25,524 bases of DNA from a virus (IMGVR_UViG_3300005805_000437:1-25524); one strand, 5' to 3'; shown: positions 9,353-17,011, numbered from the stretch's first letter. Made by a program: numbers and translations. Notes: a model not told the origin generated them from the letters alone.

Positions 9353-11101
9353 TCAACCTGCGATTTGCGCGAGCAAACTTGCTATATCGGGACGAGGACC
9401 AGCAGCAGGGGCCGCACCAGTCGTCATTTCTGGAGTTGGCTGCGAGGCAGGAACTGGGGCCATACCTGCCGCTGGAACTTGTTGACCCATCATTTCTTCT
9501 GGGACTTCTGGAGCAAATACTTCATCAACTATTGTTTCGATTGCTTTGCCTTTTTGCCGGCCTTTGATAACTTCCGCAATTCGGGTAACGATTTGAGAAG
9601 GATCTTGACCTTGTGCCGCAAGCGCGGGGATAGCTTGAGCATACTGAGCCATAGCAACACGAAGAGAATCACGCATCTCTTCAATGTCCACACGTTGTTC
9701 TTCTTGGGTGACATTTAGCTCCATTGGTATTTCGCGTCTTACATAATCTCTTGAAACTAATTTATCGCTACGCATCTGTAGCAAAGCAATGATTGCACGG
9801 TTAGGGTCCATACCGGACATAATTCCGTAGCGTACATCTACTCCATATTCGCCAGCAATAGCCTTTGATGGGATGTACTTCATTGAGAATGGTGTGCCAT
9901 CTTCGCTTCCGCGAATCTCTTTGGTCATACCACCGAAAATCTTTTCATCAACTTCAAAGCAAAGCGCTACAAGTTCTGTAAACAAACGAGCAAACTGTGC
10001 TTGAGCCGAGCGAATCTGTGTATCGAATCCAGCCTGTAGAGCCTGAACTCCACGACCAGTTACAACAGAAGCATCAAGATTACCGGAACGTACTTCTGGA
10101 TATCTTGCACCTAAGCGTAATTCTCTTTCAAGAACACCGGACTCTGTAAATACTCCAGGAGGAAGTTCCAGCGGTACACGTCGAATCGCTTGTGGATTGG
10201 CAGAACGCATAATTGAATCCGGTCCAAGGGCCAGCTCTTGCACATCTTGCGGGATCGCAATGGGAGCTTGGATAGATTTTTCTGCCGCTTGGATTTGCAA
10301 AACAGCAAAACGGGCGCGAGCTAGTTGTACCGCTAGAACATCATCAAACTGACCACGTGCTTCGCCATCAATAGATGAGCGAACAGCAACAGAAGCCAGA
10401 CATCTTCCGACTGGATTTTGAGTCTGCGATAAAATGAGGTTGTTGCGTTCTGGGATAAAAATAATATCTTGGTCTTTGTCGTGATAACGAACCAAGGTTA
10501 CATATGGAGTATTGCTTGGCATACGGTTGAGCGGATAGCCAACATTGTTCTTGCCAAGAATCTCATTATAGAACTCAGGGTATTGAGCGGCTAAGGATTC
10601 AGCATCGCTTTCTACAATCTGAGTCAAAGAAATCGTGCGACCAAATCTGTCAATCTCTGGGTATACACCAAATGGATTTAGCAAGCGGATGCGTGGATTG
10701 TTATTTGTGTAATCCATCTCAACGATTGCTGGCAACATACCGTAGGTATTGAACCAGTCAGCACCGGTGTACATCTGAATCTGTAGGTCTGAACCTGAAA
10801 CGTAATAGTTTGCAATGCGGGTTCTAGTATCAGCGGCTTTGCGTGCTGAATCTGAAACCATATTGGTAGCAGAACATTCAAAGGAAGGTAGTGGTGCCAT
10901 TGCTTCTGCAAGGTCACGAGCAGCAACGTCAATGAAGTTAGCGACTAGAGGTTTCGGATATTCTTCCGTGAACATAGCAGGGTAGACCTTGGAGATATCT
11001 CCTTGGCGTACAGAAAGTACGCTACGCATACGCTGGTCGCGTGCTGCGTACTTGGTCTTGAGTCTGTCGACTTTAGCGACGACTTCTTTGGCTGATAACA
11101 C
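9353..11101 (-). CDS. Portal (head-tail connector) protein
   Basis: 582 aa directly after terminase; GGAGG SD; low-complexity Pro/Ala/Gln tail typical of podovirus portals. Confidence 0.85.
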   Translation of the reverse strand: MLSAKEVVAKVDRLKTKYAARDQRMRSVLSVRQGDISKVYPAMFTEEYPKPLVANFIDVAARDLAEAMAPLPSFECSATNMVSDSARKAADTRTRIANYYVSGSDLQIQMYTGADWFNTYGMLPAIVEMDYTNNNPRIRLLNPFGVYPEIDRFGRTISLTQIVESDAESLAAQYPEFYNEILGKNNVGYPLNRMPSNTPYVTLVRYHDKDQDIIFIPERNNLILSQTQNPVGRCLASVAVRSSIDGEARGQFDDVLAVQLARARFAVLQIQAAEKSIQAPIAIPQDVQELALGPDSIMRSANPQAIRRVPLELPPGVFTESGVLERELRLGARYPEVRSGNLDASVVTGRGVQALQAGFDTQIRSAQAQFARLFTELVALCFEVDEKIFGGMTKEIRGSEDGTPFSMKYIPSKAIAGEYGVDVRYGIMSGMDPNRAIIALLQMRSDKLVSRDYVRREIPMELNVTQEEQRVDIEEMRDSLRVAMAQYAQAIPALAAQGQDPSQIVTRIAEVIKGRQKGKAIETIVDEVFAPEVPEEMMGQQVPAAGMAPVPASQPTPEMTTGAAPAAGPRPDIASLLAQIAG

Positions 11102-11110
11102 TTAGCCTCC

Positions 11111-12985
11111 CTAAATGAACTGACGTTCCTTGTCCTGCAGTAGTTGGTCGATATTGACCACAACTTGTCGCCTTCGCTCATTATGATTGAGGAAGGGGTT
11201 ATTCATATGTGTCTTTTGATTGATTCCTACGTTTAGCATTTCTCTGGCGCGAATCTCGCAGAACCAAAGAGCCATAACCATATCGGTCTTACCTTTGGTC
11301 GTTGGGGACCAAGTAATAAGCTGCTCGATAATACTCTTGATATTTTCTGTCTGATCTGATGGAAGATGAATCAGATTATCTCTGTGGTGCTTTCCATCGG
11401 CTTGCTTAGTTCCAAACAAGGTGGACATAGAAGCCACACCGAACCCTGCATCCCATTTGTTATTGCCAGTATGGTGTTCTCTAAGAACTGTACCTTTAGA
11501 TGCTAGGAAGTTTCTAATACCTTCATCCTGCGTCAAGAAGGACTGGAAAGCGTTTCGTTCAACTATCCACTCAGACGGCGCGTAGACGTTGGTCCAATCC
11601 GTGATAAGTTGTCTAATCTGAGCAGGTGTTGGACGCGTAATCTTGATAGCATCCACGATATATCTCTTATGACTAACGCGGTCAATAGCGTAACAGACAG
11701 CGGCAGTATCACCGACCATTGCAGGATCGAGGCCACAGATAAAGCTAAAGCCGTTGAGGTCACGAGGATGTCCAGGAGATCCTGGGCTAAGGCGACCCGC
11801 CTTGCGCATTCCGTCAATGCTACCCTTGACGCATACTGGGTCAAAGATGGCGTCATCTGAAATATCTTGCTGCTGATAGATAAGCGCCCACGTGGACGCA
11901 TCCATCGCTTGTCGCTCCGCGAAAAGGTGCTTTCCATTCCAGCGGGGGTAAAGTCCTTCTTCTGTCTTATGCTCATCTGTCTGCCCATCGAACGGTTGGT
12001 CTGAGTAGGGCCAGAGTGTAACCCACTTTTCTGGATCTTCGTGGGTTTCGAGAAGGGCTGGCATTGCTAGATACGTCCAAGGGACAACGCCACCTGGGTA
12101 TCTATCTGGGTTTCGTAATTCTTTATATAGGTCTACAGCAGCTACGCGGGTACCTACAACGATAAGTTTACCGGTAGGGTTTAGACGAGATCGTACATCT
12201 TGCTGTAGCCACTTGATTTGCTTTTCAAAGTCATTGGCATTAGATAGGGTAACTGCGTCATCTATGATAATCATATCTGCACGCTTACCGTAAATCTGAC
12301 CACCGATACCTACGGCTTCTAGGTTCGGGTCCTTCTCAGAAGATTCTCTAAGCTCATCACCGAAGGTGACGCGGGTGGCCTGCCAAGAGGCCGACTTGGT
12401 ATTGAAGCCGATTCCTGCGGCATAGGCCTGCTGGAGTTCCTCATACATCGGGTGAGTCAAGCGCTGCTTGATAGCGTATAAAAAGTCTGCGGCAAGTCGC
12501 TGGGTTTGAGAAACTATCAGAACTCTGAAGTTCGGGTTATTAACAATCTTGTAGGTGACATAGTCAACGGTTACTGTGATGGACTTGGCGTGGTTAGGCG
12601 GGATATTTAGAAGGATGCGGTTTTCAGCCAAGCCGCGTTCAAACTTCATCGACGGATGGAACCAGGATGGGTCGCGTCCTTCGATTACATCTATCAGATT
12701 CTTCTGATGACCGAAGGTATCTTGGTGGAGGTACTTCTTTCGCCAGGTGACGAAGTCTAAATCCCTAGCTGAGGCTTCCGTAAAATTCTTCTCTAAAGAC
12801 CCTAGCCTAGTTCTGTCAAGTAAGTTCTTAAAGGCCGGATCTGAGCGGCGGTAATACTCATAGGTCTTGATAGATTTACCTGCAGCTTTGCAGGCTTCCT
12901 CAATAGTCTCCCCTTGGGCAACGAGCTGGAGGATAATCTGTTTAGCCTTATCAGCCCGTTCAATGTTTTTCAAATTCTGTGGCAA
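11111..12985 (-). CDS. terL: Terminase large subunit with N-terminal HTH extension
   Basis: Walker A-like NIPPNHAKS, GKRAD then Walker B IIIDD, VVGTR coupling motif, YQQ, nuclease GLDPA and C-terminal DMVMA. Confidence 0.93.
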   Translation of the reverse strand: MPQNLKNIERADKAKQIILQLVAQGETIEEACKAAGKSIKTYEYYRRSDPAFKNLLDRTRLGSLEKNFTEASARDLDFVTWRKKYLHQDTFGHQKNLIDVIEGRDPSWFHPSMKFERGLAENRILLNIPPNHAKSITVTVDYVTYKIVNNPNFRVLIVSQTQRLAADFLYAIKQRLTHPMYEELQQAYAAGIGFNTKSASWQATRVTFGDELRESSEKDPNLEAVGIGGQIYGKRADMIIIDDAVTLSNANDFEKQIKWLQQDVRSRLNPTGKLIVVGTRVAAVDLYKELRNPDRYPGGVVPWTYLAMPALLETHEDPEKWVTLWPYSDQPFDGQTDEHKTEEGLYPRWNGKHLFAERQAMDASTWALIYQQQDISDDAIFDPVCVKGSIDGMRKAGRLSPGSPGHPRDLNGFSFICGLDPAMVGDTAAVCYAIDRVSHKRYIVDAIKITRPTPAQIRQLITDWTNVYAPSEWIVERNAFQSFLTQDEGIRNFLASKGTVLREHHTGNNKWDAGFGVASMSTLFGTKQADGKHHRDNLIHLPSDQTENIKSIIEQLITWSPTTKGKTDMVMALWFCEIRAREMLNVGINQKTHMNNPFLNHNERRRQVVVNIDQLLQDKERQFI

Positions 12986-13060
12986 GGGGCGTAATCCTTT
13001 TTATCATCGGGATGAGGAATTGGATCTACCAGCGGATAGATAGACCTCACCCCACTAAAA

Positions 13061-13213
13061 GTGGTGGGAACCACCACACTCGGGCTTGAGCGCCCGAGGC
13101 GACCACAGGAGCCGAGGGGTAAGTCGGTTACTGTAACTAGGGGCGCTTAGAGCGCCCACCGTAGGCGCCATAGGCGCCTCTGGTCGCAAATGCTAAGGGG
13201 CGCTCGCATTTGC
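13061..13213. repeat. GC-rich hairpin array (element A)
   Basis: Perfect stems at 13061-13077, 13079-13098, 13141-13157, 13163-13179 and 13186-13213; 10/11 long-range pairing 13099-13109 with 13177-13187. Confidence 0.8.
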
Positions 13214-13280
13214 TCCCTATACTGTACTAAGGCAGAAAAAATAACGCATTTCCCGTTTTTACAGAAAAAATCTTTGTTTT

Positions 13281-13296
13281 TGTTACCAACGTCACA
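13281..13296. promoter_or_regulatory. CRP/GlxR-like site
   Basis: TGTTA-N6-TCACA, one mismatch to TGTGA-N6-TCACA. Confidence 0.45.
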
Positions 13297-13400
13297 TACA
13301 TAATATATCAAATCGGACATATCAGACAGTGTGTGAGTTAGTGCAAATATTTTGTTGGGGAGTATACACACACCCCACCGCAGATTTAGCAACGTGGGGT

Positions 13401-13448
13401 CTTTGTCCCGCTCTGTCCGGCTTTATCCGGTCTGTCCGGTCTGTCCGT
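13401..13448 (+). repeat. Five degenerate 9-10 bp tandem repeats (core TGTCCG)
   Basis: ctttgtcccg/ctctgtccgg/ctttatccgg/tctgtccgg/tctgtccgt. Confidence 0.8.
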
Positions 13449-13534
13449 ATTGCCTGATTCCCGTAAAGAATTGGAGGGCAGACTCCACCTCCGGCACTCC
13501 CTCGCCCCTATCCCTAACCCTGAACAAATAAACA

Positions 13535-13581
13535 ACCGACCCAACCTGACTTGACCTGACCGACCCGACCAACTCTGACCC
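13535..13581 (+). repeat. Degenerate ~5 bp repeats (CCGAC/CTGAC/CCAAC)
   Basis: accgacccaacctgacttgacctgaccgacccgaccaactctgaccc. Confidence 0.65.
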
Positions 13582-13591
13582 GTGCTGAAGC

Positions 13592-13619
13592 TCTCAGATA
13601 ATTCTCAAAAAGATCTCAA
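13592..13619 (+). promoter_or_regulatory. Triple TCTCAR hexamer with 11-bp period (MprA-box-like)
   Basis: TCTCAG-N5-TCTCAA-N5-TCTCAA; mycobacterial MprA binds TCTCAG-N5-TCTCAG. Confidence 0.55.
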
Positions 13620-13640
13620 GTTACCAGGCAGTAATAAAGT

Positions 13641-13670
13641 TGTGGATAAGTCAGGGGAAGCTGTGGATAA
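13641..13670 (-). promoter_or_regulatory. Two perfect DnaA boxes
   Basis: TGTGGATAA (reverse complement TTATCCACA) at 13641-13649 and 13662-13670, 21 bp apart. Confidence 0.75.
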
Positions 13671-13673
13671 CTT

Positions 13674-13690
13674 CGTTATCAAATCGTTAT
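13674..13690 (+). promoter_or_regulatory. OmpR-family (MtrA/GlnR-like) direct repeat
   Basis: CGTTAT-N5-CGTTAT, 11-bp period, resembles GTnAC-N6-GTnAC. Confidence 0.45.
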
Positions 13691-13711
13691 ACAGCTTTTT
13701 GGTGTTCTGCC

Positions 13712-13740
13712 TTGTTTACTAGGGGAGACGCACCTATACT
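13712..13740 (+). promoter_or_regulatory. Early sigma-70-type promoter 1
   Basis: TTGTTT-N17-TATACT, 50 nt upstream of the first early gene. Confidence 0.7.
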
Positions 13741-13790
13741 TCTGCCTATCGGCAACAATGTCGAACGAACCGAGAAGGGGCAACAAAGAA

Positions 13791-13946
13791 ATGACACGCA
13801 AAGATTATGAACTGATAGCACGAGTCATTGACCGCGCAAAGTTCAACAATATTGACCAACTCGCTAGAGACTTGGCGACTGAACTAGAGAAAGAAAACCC
13901 ACGCTTTGACCGCGCTCGATTTCTCTCCGCTTGTGGGGTGAAATAA
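13791..13946 (+). CDS. Small early protein
   Basis: MTRKDYELIA...NPRFDRARFLSACGVK; start moved to ATG 13791 after the GAAGGGG SD. Confidence 0.8.
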   Translation: MTRKDYELIARVIDRAKFNNIDQLARDLATELEKENPRFDRARFLSACGVK

Positions 13947-14185
13947 TGACCACTCTTCATCTAGGCGACTGCGCAAATAGTTGCGCCACTTGTGCTGATA
14001 ACTATCATTCCAACTTCATTGGAACAAACTGCGACACCTGCCACGAGTATATCTTGGAAGATGAGACGGCAACCTGCCAACTATGCGGTGGCGAAATCAA
14101 GGACATCAACACCGCCGGAGTTGTCCTACCTTGGGGCGACACCTGCCAAACCTGCCTAACTGAAATCTACGGGGAGAAAAAATGA
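13946..14185 (+). CDS. Cys-rich zinc-binding early protein
   Basis: TAATG-coupled start at 13946; four CxxC pairs. Confidence 0.7.
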   Translation: MTTLHLGDCANSCATCADNYHSNFIGTNCDTCHEYILEDETATCQLCGGEIKDINTAGVVLPWGDTCQTCLTEIYGEKK

Positions 14186-14346
14186 AAAGAGAACTTAGCA
14201 AGAGCCAACAGATAGAACTCGGACGCGAACTAGGAGAGGAGATAGGCGCGACATCACTAGACCGCGCCCTATCGGTGCTTATTGAGTGGGGCATTATTGA
14301 GGCAGACCTCGCCTCTGAAATTATGGGCGAGAAGGTGGGCGCATAA
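14182..14346 (+). CDS. Small early protein (54 aa)
   Basis: Not in track. MKRELSKSQQIELGRELGEEIG...MGEKVGA; ATGA overlap and GGGGAG SD. Confidence 0.75.
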   Translation: MKRELSKSQQIELGRELGEEIGATSLDRALSVLIEWGIIEADLASEIMGEKVGA

Positions 14347-14492
14347 TGAACCGAGCAAAGGTCGAGGCAGTTCTAGCGCAGTTGCGCCAATGGCACGAGC
14401 ATAACGCGGCCGAGTGTAGGCGAGAGGGAGAGGAGGAGGCGCGAGCTTTTCACTTGGAAGCAGCTGAAGCCCTAAAAAAGATCGGTGCGTGA
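14346..14492 (+). CDS. Small early protein (48 aa)
   Basis: Not in track. MNRAKVEAVLAQLRQWHEH...LKKIGA; TAATG coupling. Confidence 0.7.
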   Translation: MNRAKVEAVLAQLRQWHEHNAAECRREGEEEARAFHLEAAEALKKIGA

Positions 14493-14497
14493 GGTGC

Positions 14498-14526
14498 TTG
14501 CCTTTCCTCTAGGGGAGATATACCCT
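14498..14526 (+). promoter_or_regulatory. Early sigma-70-type promoter 2, overlapped by an inverted repeat
   Basis: TTGCCT-N17-TACCCT; cctctaggg/ccctagagg inverted repeat spans the -10 element. Confidence 0.5.
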
Positions 14527-14568
14527 AGAGGGAGGGGAGGAACTTCCTCCAATAAAGAAAGGGAAAAG

Positions 14569-14727
14569 ATGAACAGTAAAGAGGTTATTAAGTATCTTGA
14601 AATAGTAATGGCTAGTTTTGACCCTAAAACCGCACCGCGTTTTGATAAAGATAAAATTGAGGGAGAGCGCAACAAGGCAAGAGAGGCTCTAACAGTAGCC
14701 ATAAATAATCTAAAGGTGGGCGCATAA
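14569..14727 (+). CDS. Small early protein (52 aa)
   Basis: Start moved to ATG 14569 after the GAAAGGGA SD; MNSKEVIKY...NLKVGA. Confidence 0.7.
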   Translation: MNSKEVIKYLEIVMASFDPKTAPRFDKDKIEGERNKAREALTVAINNLKVGA

Positions 14728-15038
14728 TGAGCGAACTAGATACAAGAAAGGTAATTGCTGAGCAGTTCGCCGAAGAGTGGTTGCTGGTCGCTATGAACGA
14801 CCACGACACTTACCGCGAACTTATGAGAGAGGCAGGAGAGGGCGACACGATAACCCTTGCTGATAAGTTGCGTGATGAGTGGGAACAATTAGCCGAGCAA
14901 GTGACGGAACTAGTGGCGGAGAAGATTAGCCCTACCGCTTCACTCTTTATCGGTCAATGGCTACAAGGTCAAGGGCAACTACCTTTTGACCTGATAGCGC
15001 GAGAGGTTATGGCTCGCAAGGAAGAGGTGACCGCGTGA
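14727..15038 (+). CDS. Acidic early protein
   Basis: 103 aa, TAATG-coupled. Confidence 0.75.
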   Translation: MSELDTRKVIAEQFAEEWLLVAMNDHDTYRELMREAGEGDTITLADKLRDEWEQLAEQVTELVAEKISPTASLFIGQWLQGQGQLPFDLIAREVMARKEEVTA

Positions 15039-15184
15039 AGCTAACGAGAAAGGGAAAGATAGTGCTAGGCGTAGTTCTGGCGGTGCTGATTTATCTAGTC
15101 GCCACCCGTCTATGGTGGGTGGGAGACGGCTTTTGTTTTGATGTAATGGAGAAGTGCTTACCAATGGAAGGGGAAGGGAAATGA
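15035..15184 (+). CDS. Small single-pass membrane protein (49 aa)
   Basis: Not in track. MKLTRKGKIVLGVVLAVLIYLVATRLWWVGDGFCFDVMEKC...; GTGA overlap and GAGG SD. Confidence 0.75.
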   Translation: MKLTRKGKIVLGVVLAVLIYLVATRLWWVGDGFCFDVMEKCLPMEGEGK

Positions 15185-15423
15185 AAATAGTATCGGCAGG
15201 GCAGGAAGAAACCCGCGCTTACACTAAGCGTTATCGTATAGAAGAGGGCGGGATAAATTATGCGGTAGTCGTATCGTGGAATGAGTATTACGGATATGAG
15301 ACATATTGGTATGAGGGAAATAACATAGTGCCAACCCCGCAGTCTATCCAAGAAGCCGCAGATCGTGAAGAGATTCCGGTTGGTTGGCTCATTGAGCTAG
15401 AAGAGGAGAAAGCTAATGCCTAA
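15181..15423 (+). CDS. Hypothetical early protein
   Basis: Start moved to ATG 15181 (ATGA overlap, GGAAGGG SD). Confidence 0.7.
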   Translation: MKIVSAGQEETRAYTKRYRIEEGGINYAVVVSWNEYYGYETYWYEGNNIVPTPQSIQEAADREEIPVGWLIELEEEKANA

Positions 15424-15556
15424 AGTATGGAAGTGCGCTAATTGTGGCGGGCTATTGGAGAGGTTGATAGACGGCGAGGAGTGGATAACCCCAGACGGGG
15501 CTATCTTCTGCTCTGTTACTGATGAGATACACGCAAGGGAGATAGTCAATGCCTAA
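15416..15556 (+). CDS. Small zinc-binding protein (46 aa)
   Basis: Not in track. MPKVWKCANCGG...FCSVTDEIH...; GAGGAG SD. Confidence 0.7.
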   Translation: MPKVWKCANCGGLLERLIDGEEWITPDGAIFCSVTDEIHAREIVNA

Positions 15557-15728
15557 ATGCGGATCGTGCGGTTGGAGCTTTTCAGAGAGAACGCTGGCCA
15601 AGCACGCTGAGACGGCGTGCGGTGAGGAAGATAGCAAGGCAGGGGCGAAGCCCTATGCGCCTGAAATAGATGACATCATCAGACAAATAGAAGAAGGAGA
15701 AGGGAAGGATTATGAGCAAGCCAACTAA
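15549..15728 (+). CDS. Small C2HC zinc-finger protein (59 aa)
   Basis: Not in track. MPKCGSCGWSFSERTLAKHAETACG...; AGGGAG SD. Confidence 0.7.
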   Translation: MPKCGSCGWSFSERTLAKHAETACGEEDSKAGAKPYAPEIDDIIRQIEEGEGKDYEQAN

Positions 15729-15894
15729 GGAATACTACAAGGCAAAGGCAGAACTCTGCCAAAAGACAGCTATCAAACAGATATTAGAGGGCAATAGCGG
15801 CGAGGGTGCTAAGAACCTGATTCGTATGATGAACGCTATGAGTGAAATCAACGCAATAGATTACAAGAGGGAGAGGGCAAATGAAAACCATTGA
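15712..15894 (+). CDS. Hypothetical early protein
   Basis: 60 aa ORF, purine-rich SD, overlapping chain. Confidence 0.7.
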   Translation: MSKPTKEYYKAKAELCQKTAIKQILEGNSGEGAKNLIRMMNAMSEINAIDYKRERANENH

Positions 15895-16108
15895 CATATT
15901 GACGGCACTAGATAGAACACTAGAGCCTAAGTTTAGGGAATACGCAACCAATAAAACCAAAGTGCGTGTCACTTTCCTAAGTGGAAGGAATAAGTGGGGT
16001 TGGGTTCATAGCTACGAGGGAAAGTGGTGGCTAACTAGAGGGAATCGCGTCGGGTTCTCCCTTGATACCGCCATAAAAATTGAACCAATAAAAGGAGAAA
16101 GCAAGTGA
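15881..16108 (+). CDS. Hypothetical early protein
   Basis: 75 aa ORF, GAGGAGAGG SD. Confidence 0.7.
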   Translation: MKTIDILTALDRTLEPKFREYATNKTKVRVTFLSGRNKWGWVHSYEGKWWLTRGNRVGFSLDTAIKIEPIKGESK

Positions 16109-16368
16109 AACTAACGAAGTTCTATGAAGTGATGGACGCTGAATCCGATATCTTATGGGGAGGGGAGAGCGCATACGAGGCGGTGGAGTGGTTTAGAAGG
16201 ACGCCCAATGCCAAAGTCCAGGTATCGGTATGGAATACAGAGAGCGAGGAGGACTATCGCTTGGTGGATAGTCCTATCAGGGTAGAAGATCTGATTACAG
16301 CTACCCTTTTACAGAAACCCTTTGACCCAAAGAACGATACAAAGAGAAGGTTTTGGGTGGTGAGATGA
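16105..16368 (+). CDS. Hypothetical early protein
   Basis: 87 aa ORF, AAGGAG SD, GTGA overlap. Confidence 0.7.
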   Translation: MKLTKFYEVMDAESDILWGGESAYEAVEWFRRTPNAKVQVSVWNTESEEDYRLVDSPIRVEDLITATLLQKPFDPKNDTKRRFWVVR

Positions 16369-16448
16369 TACTTATAGGGGTGATAGCGGTATGCTTGCTG
16401 GCTTACCTACTGATCTGCTTGGAGGATAAACTAAATGGGCGCGGTTGA
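16365..16448 (+). CDS. Hydrophobic mini-protein (27 aa)
   Basis: Not in track. MILIGVIAVCLLAYLLICLEDKLNGRG; ATGA overlap; fills the gap exactly. Confidence 0.55.
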   Translation: MILIGVIAVCLLAYLLICLEDKLNGRG

Positions 16449-16728
16449 GAGAAGAATAGATACCGCAACTAGGCACGCCGTAAGGCAACGCAACTACCGA
16501 AGGGTGAGAGACCGAGCTTTGACTAGGTTAGCCAACCTCTACCCAAACCTATACAAAGAACTCTTAGAGGAAGAGAGGGCGAAAGATGAGGCTGAGGGCA
16601 AAGTTTGGCTTGATATTGGTGGGCGTACTAACGCTGGTGTGGATAAAACCTCACCCAACAGGAACTCCAAAGCTCCCAAACGATCTCGTTATCGAATCAA
16701 GGCACGCAACTTGGGAAGAAAAAAATGA
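16435..16728 (+). CDS. Basic hypothetical protein
   Basis: 97 aa, GGAGG SD; 3' half overlaps the transglycosylase gene. Confidence 0.7.
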   Translation: MGAVERRIDTATRHAVRQRNYRRVRDRALTRLANLYPNLYKELLEEERAKDEAEGKVWLDIGGRTNAGVDKTSPNRNSKAPKRSRYRIKARNLGRKK

Positions 16729-17002
16729 CAACAGAAGAATCGCCAAGGCTTACGCTTCTGCGGGGTGGGGGTGGAGAGGAAGAGAGTGGTTCTGCCTCCA
16801 CGATTTATGGACCAGTGAGAGCAGGTTTGACCACACCGCAACCAACCAACAAGGTAGTTCAGCTTTCGGAATCGCTCAACTTCTTGGAGAGAGAAGTCCA
16901 AACCCTAGAATCCAGATTCTACGAGGTCTGCGTTACATTGAATCTCGTTATGGGACTCCTTGTCGAGCGAAAGCTCATTGGGACAAGTATAGATTTTACT
17001 GA
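16586..17002 (+). CDS. Membrane-anchored lytic transglycosylase (SLT/lysozyme-like fold)
   Basis: N-terminal hydrophobic anchor; CLHDLWTSESRF (catalytic Glu), SSAFGIAQ, YIESRYGTPC motifs of actinobacterial-type transglycosylases. Confidence 0.85.
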   Translation: MRLRAKFGLILVGVLTLVWIKPHPTGTPKLPNDLVIESRHATWEEKNDNRRIAKAYASAGWGWRGREWFCLHDLWTSESRFDHTATNQQGSSAFGIAQLLGERSPNPRIQILRGLRYIESRYGTPCRAKAHWDKYRFY

Positions 17003-17011
17003 GGAGGAAGA

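Noticed and set aside
1307-11860. Many plus-strand and alternative-frame ORFs over the virion genes (e.g. 1307-1750, 7271-7702, 9144-9485)
   Set aside because: Antisense or off-frame shadows of long genes; no SD or recognisable motifs.
13061-13213. Hairpin array as a tRNA or intrinsic terminators
   Set aside because: No T-loop or anticodon-arm geometry, and no U-tracts after the stems.
13147-13392. 81 aa minus-strand ORF upstream of terL as a possible terS
   Set aside because: No SD or HTH; it runs through hairpins and regulatory sites.
14030-14044. CDTCH as a c-type heme-binding motif
   Set aside because: No export signal, and the other CxxC pairs lack His; zinc binding is more plausible.
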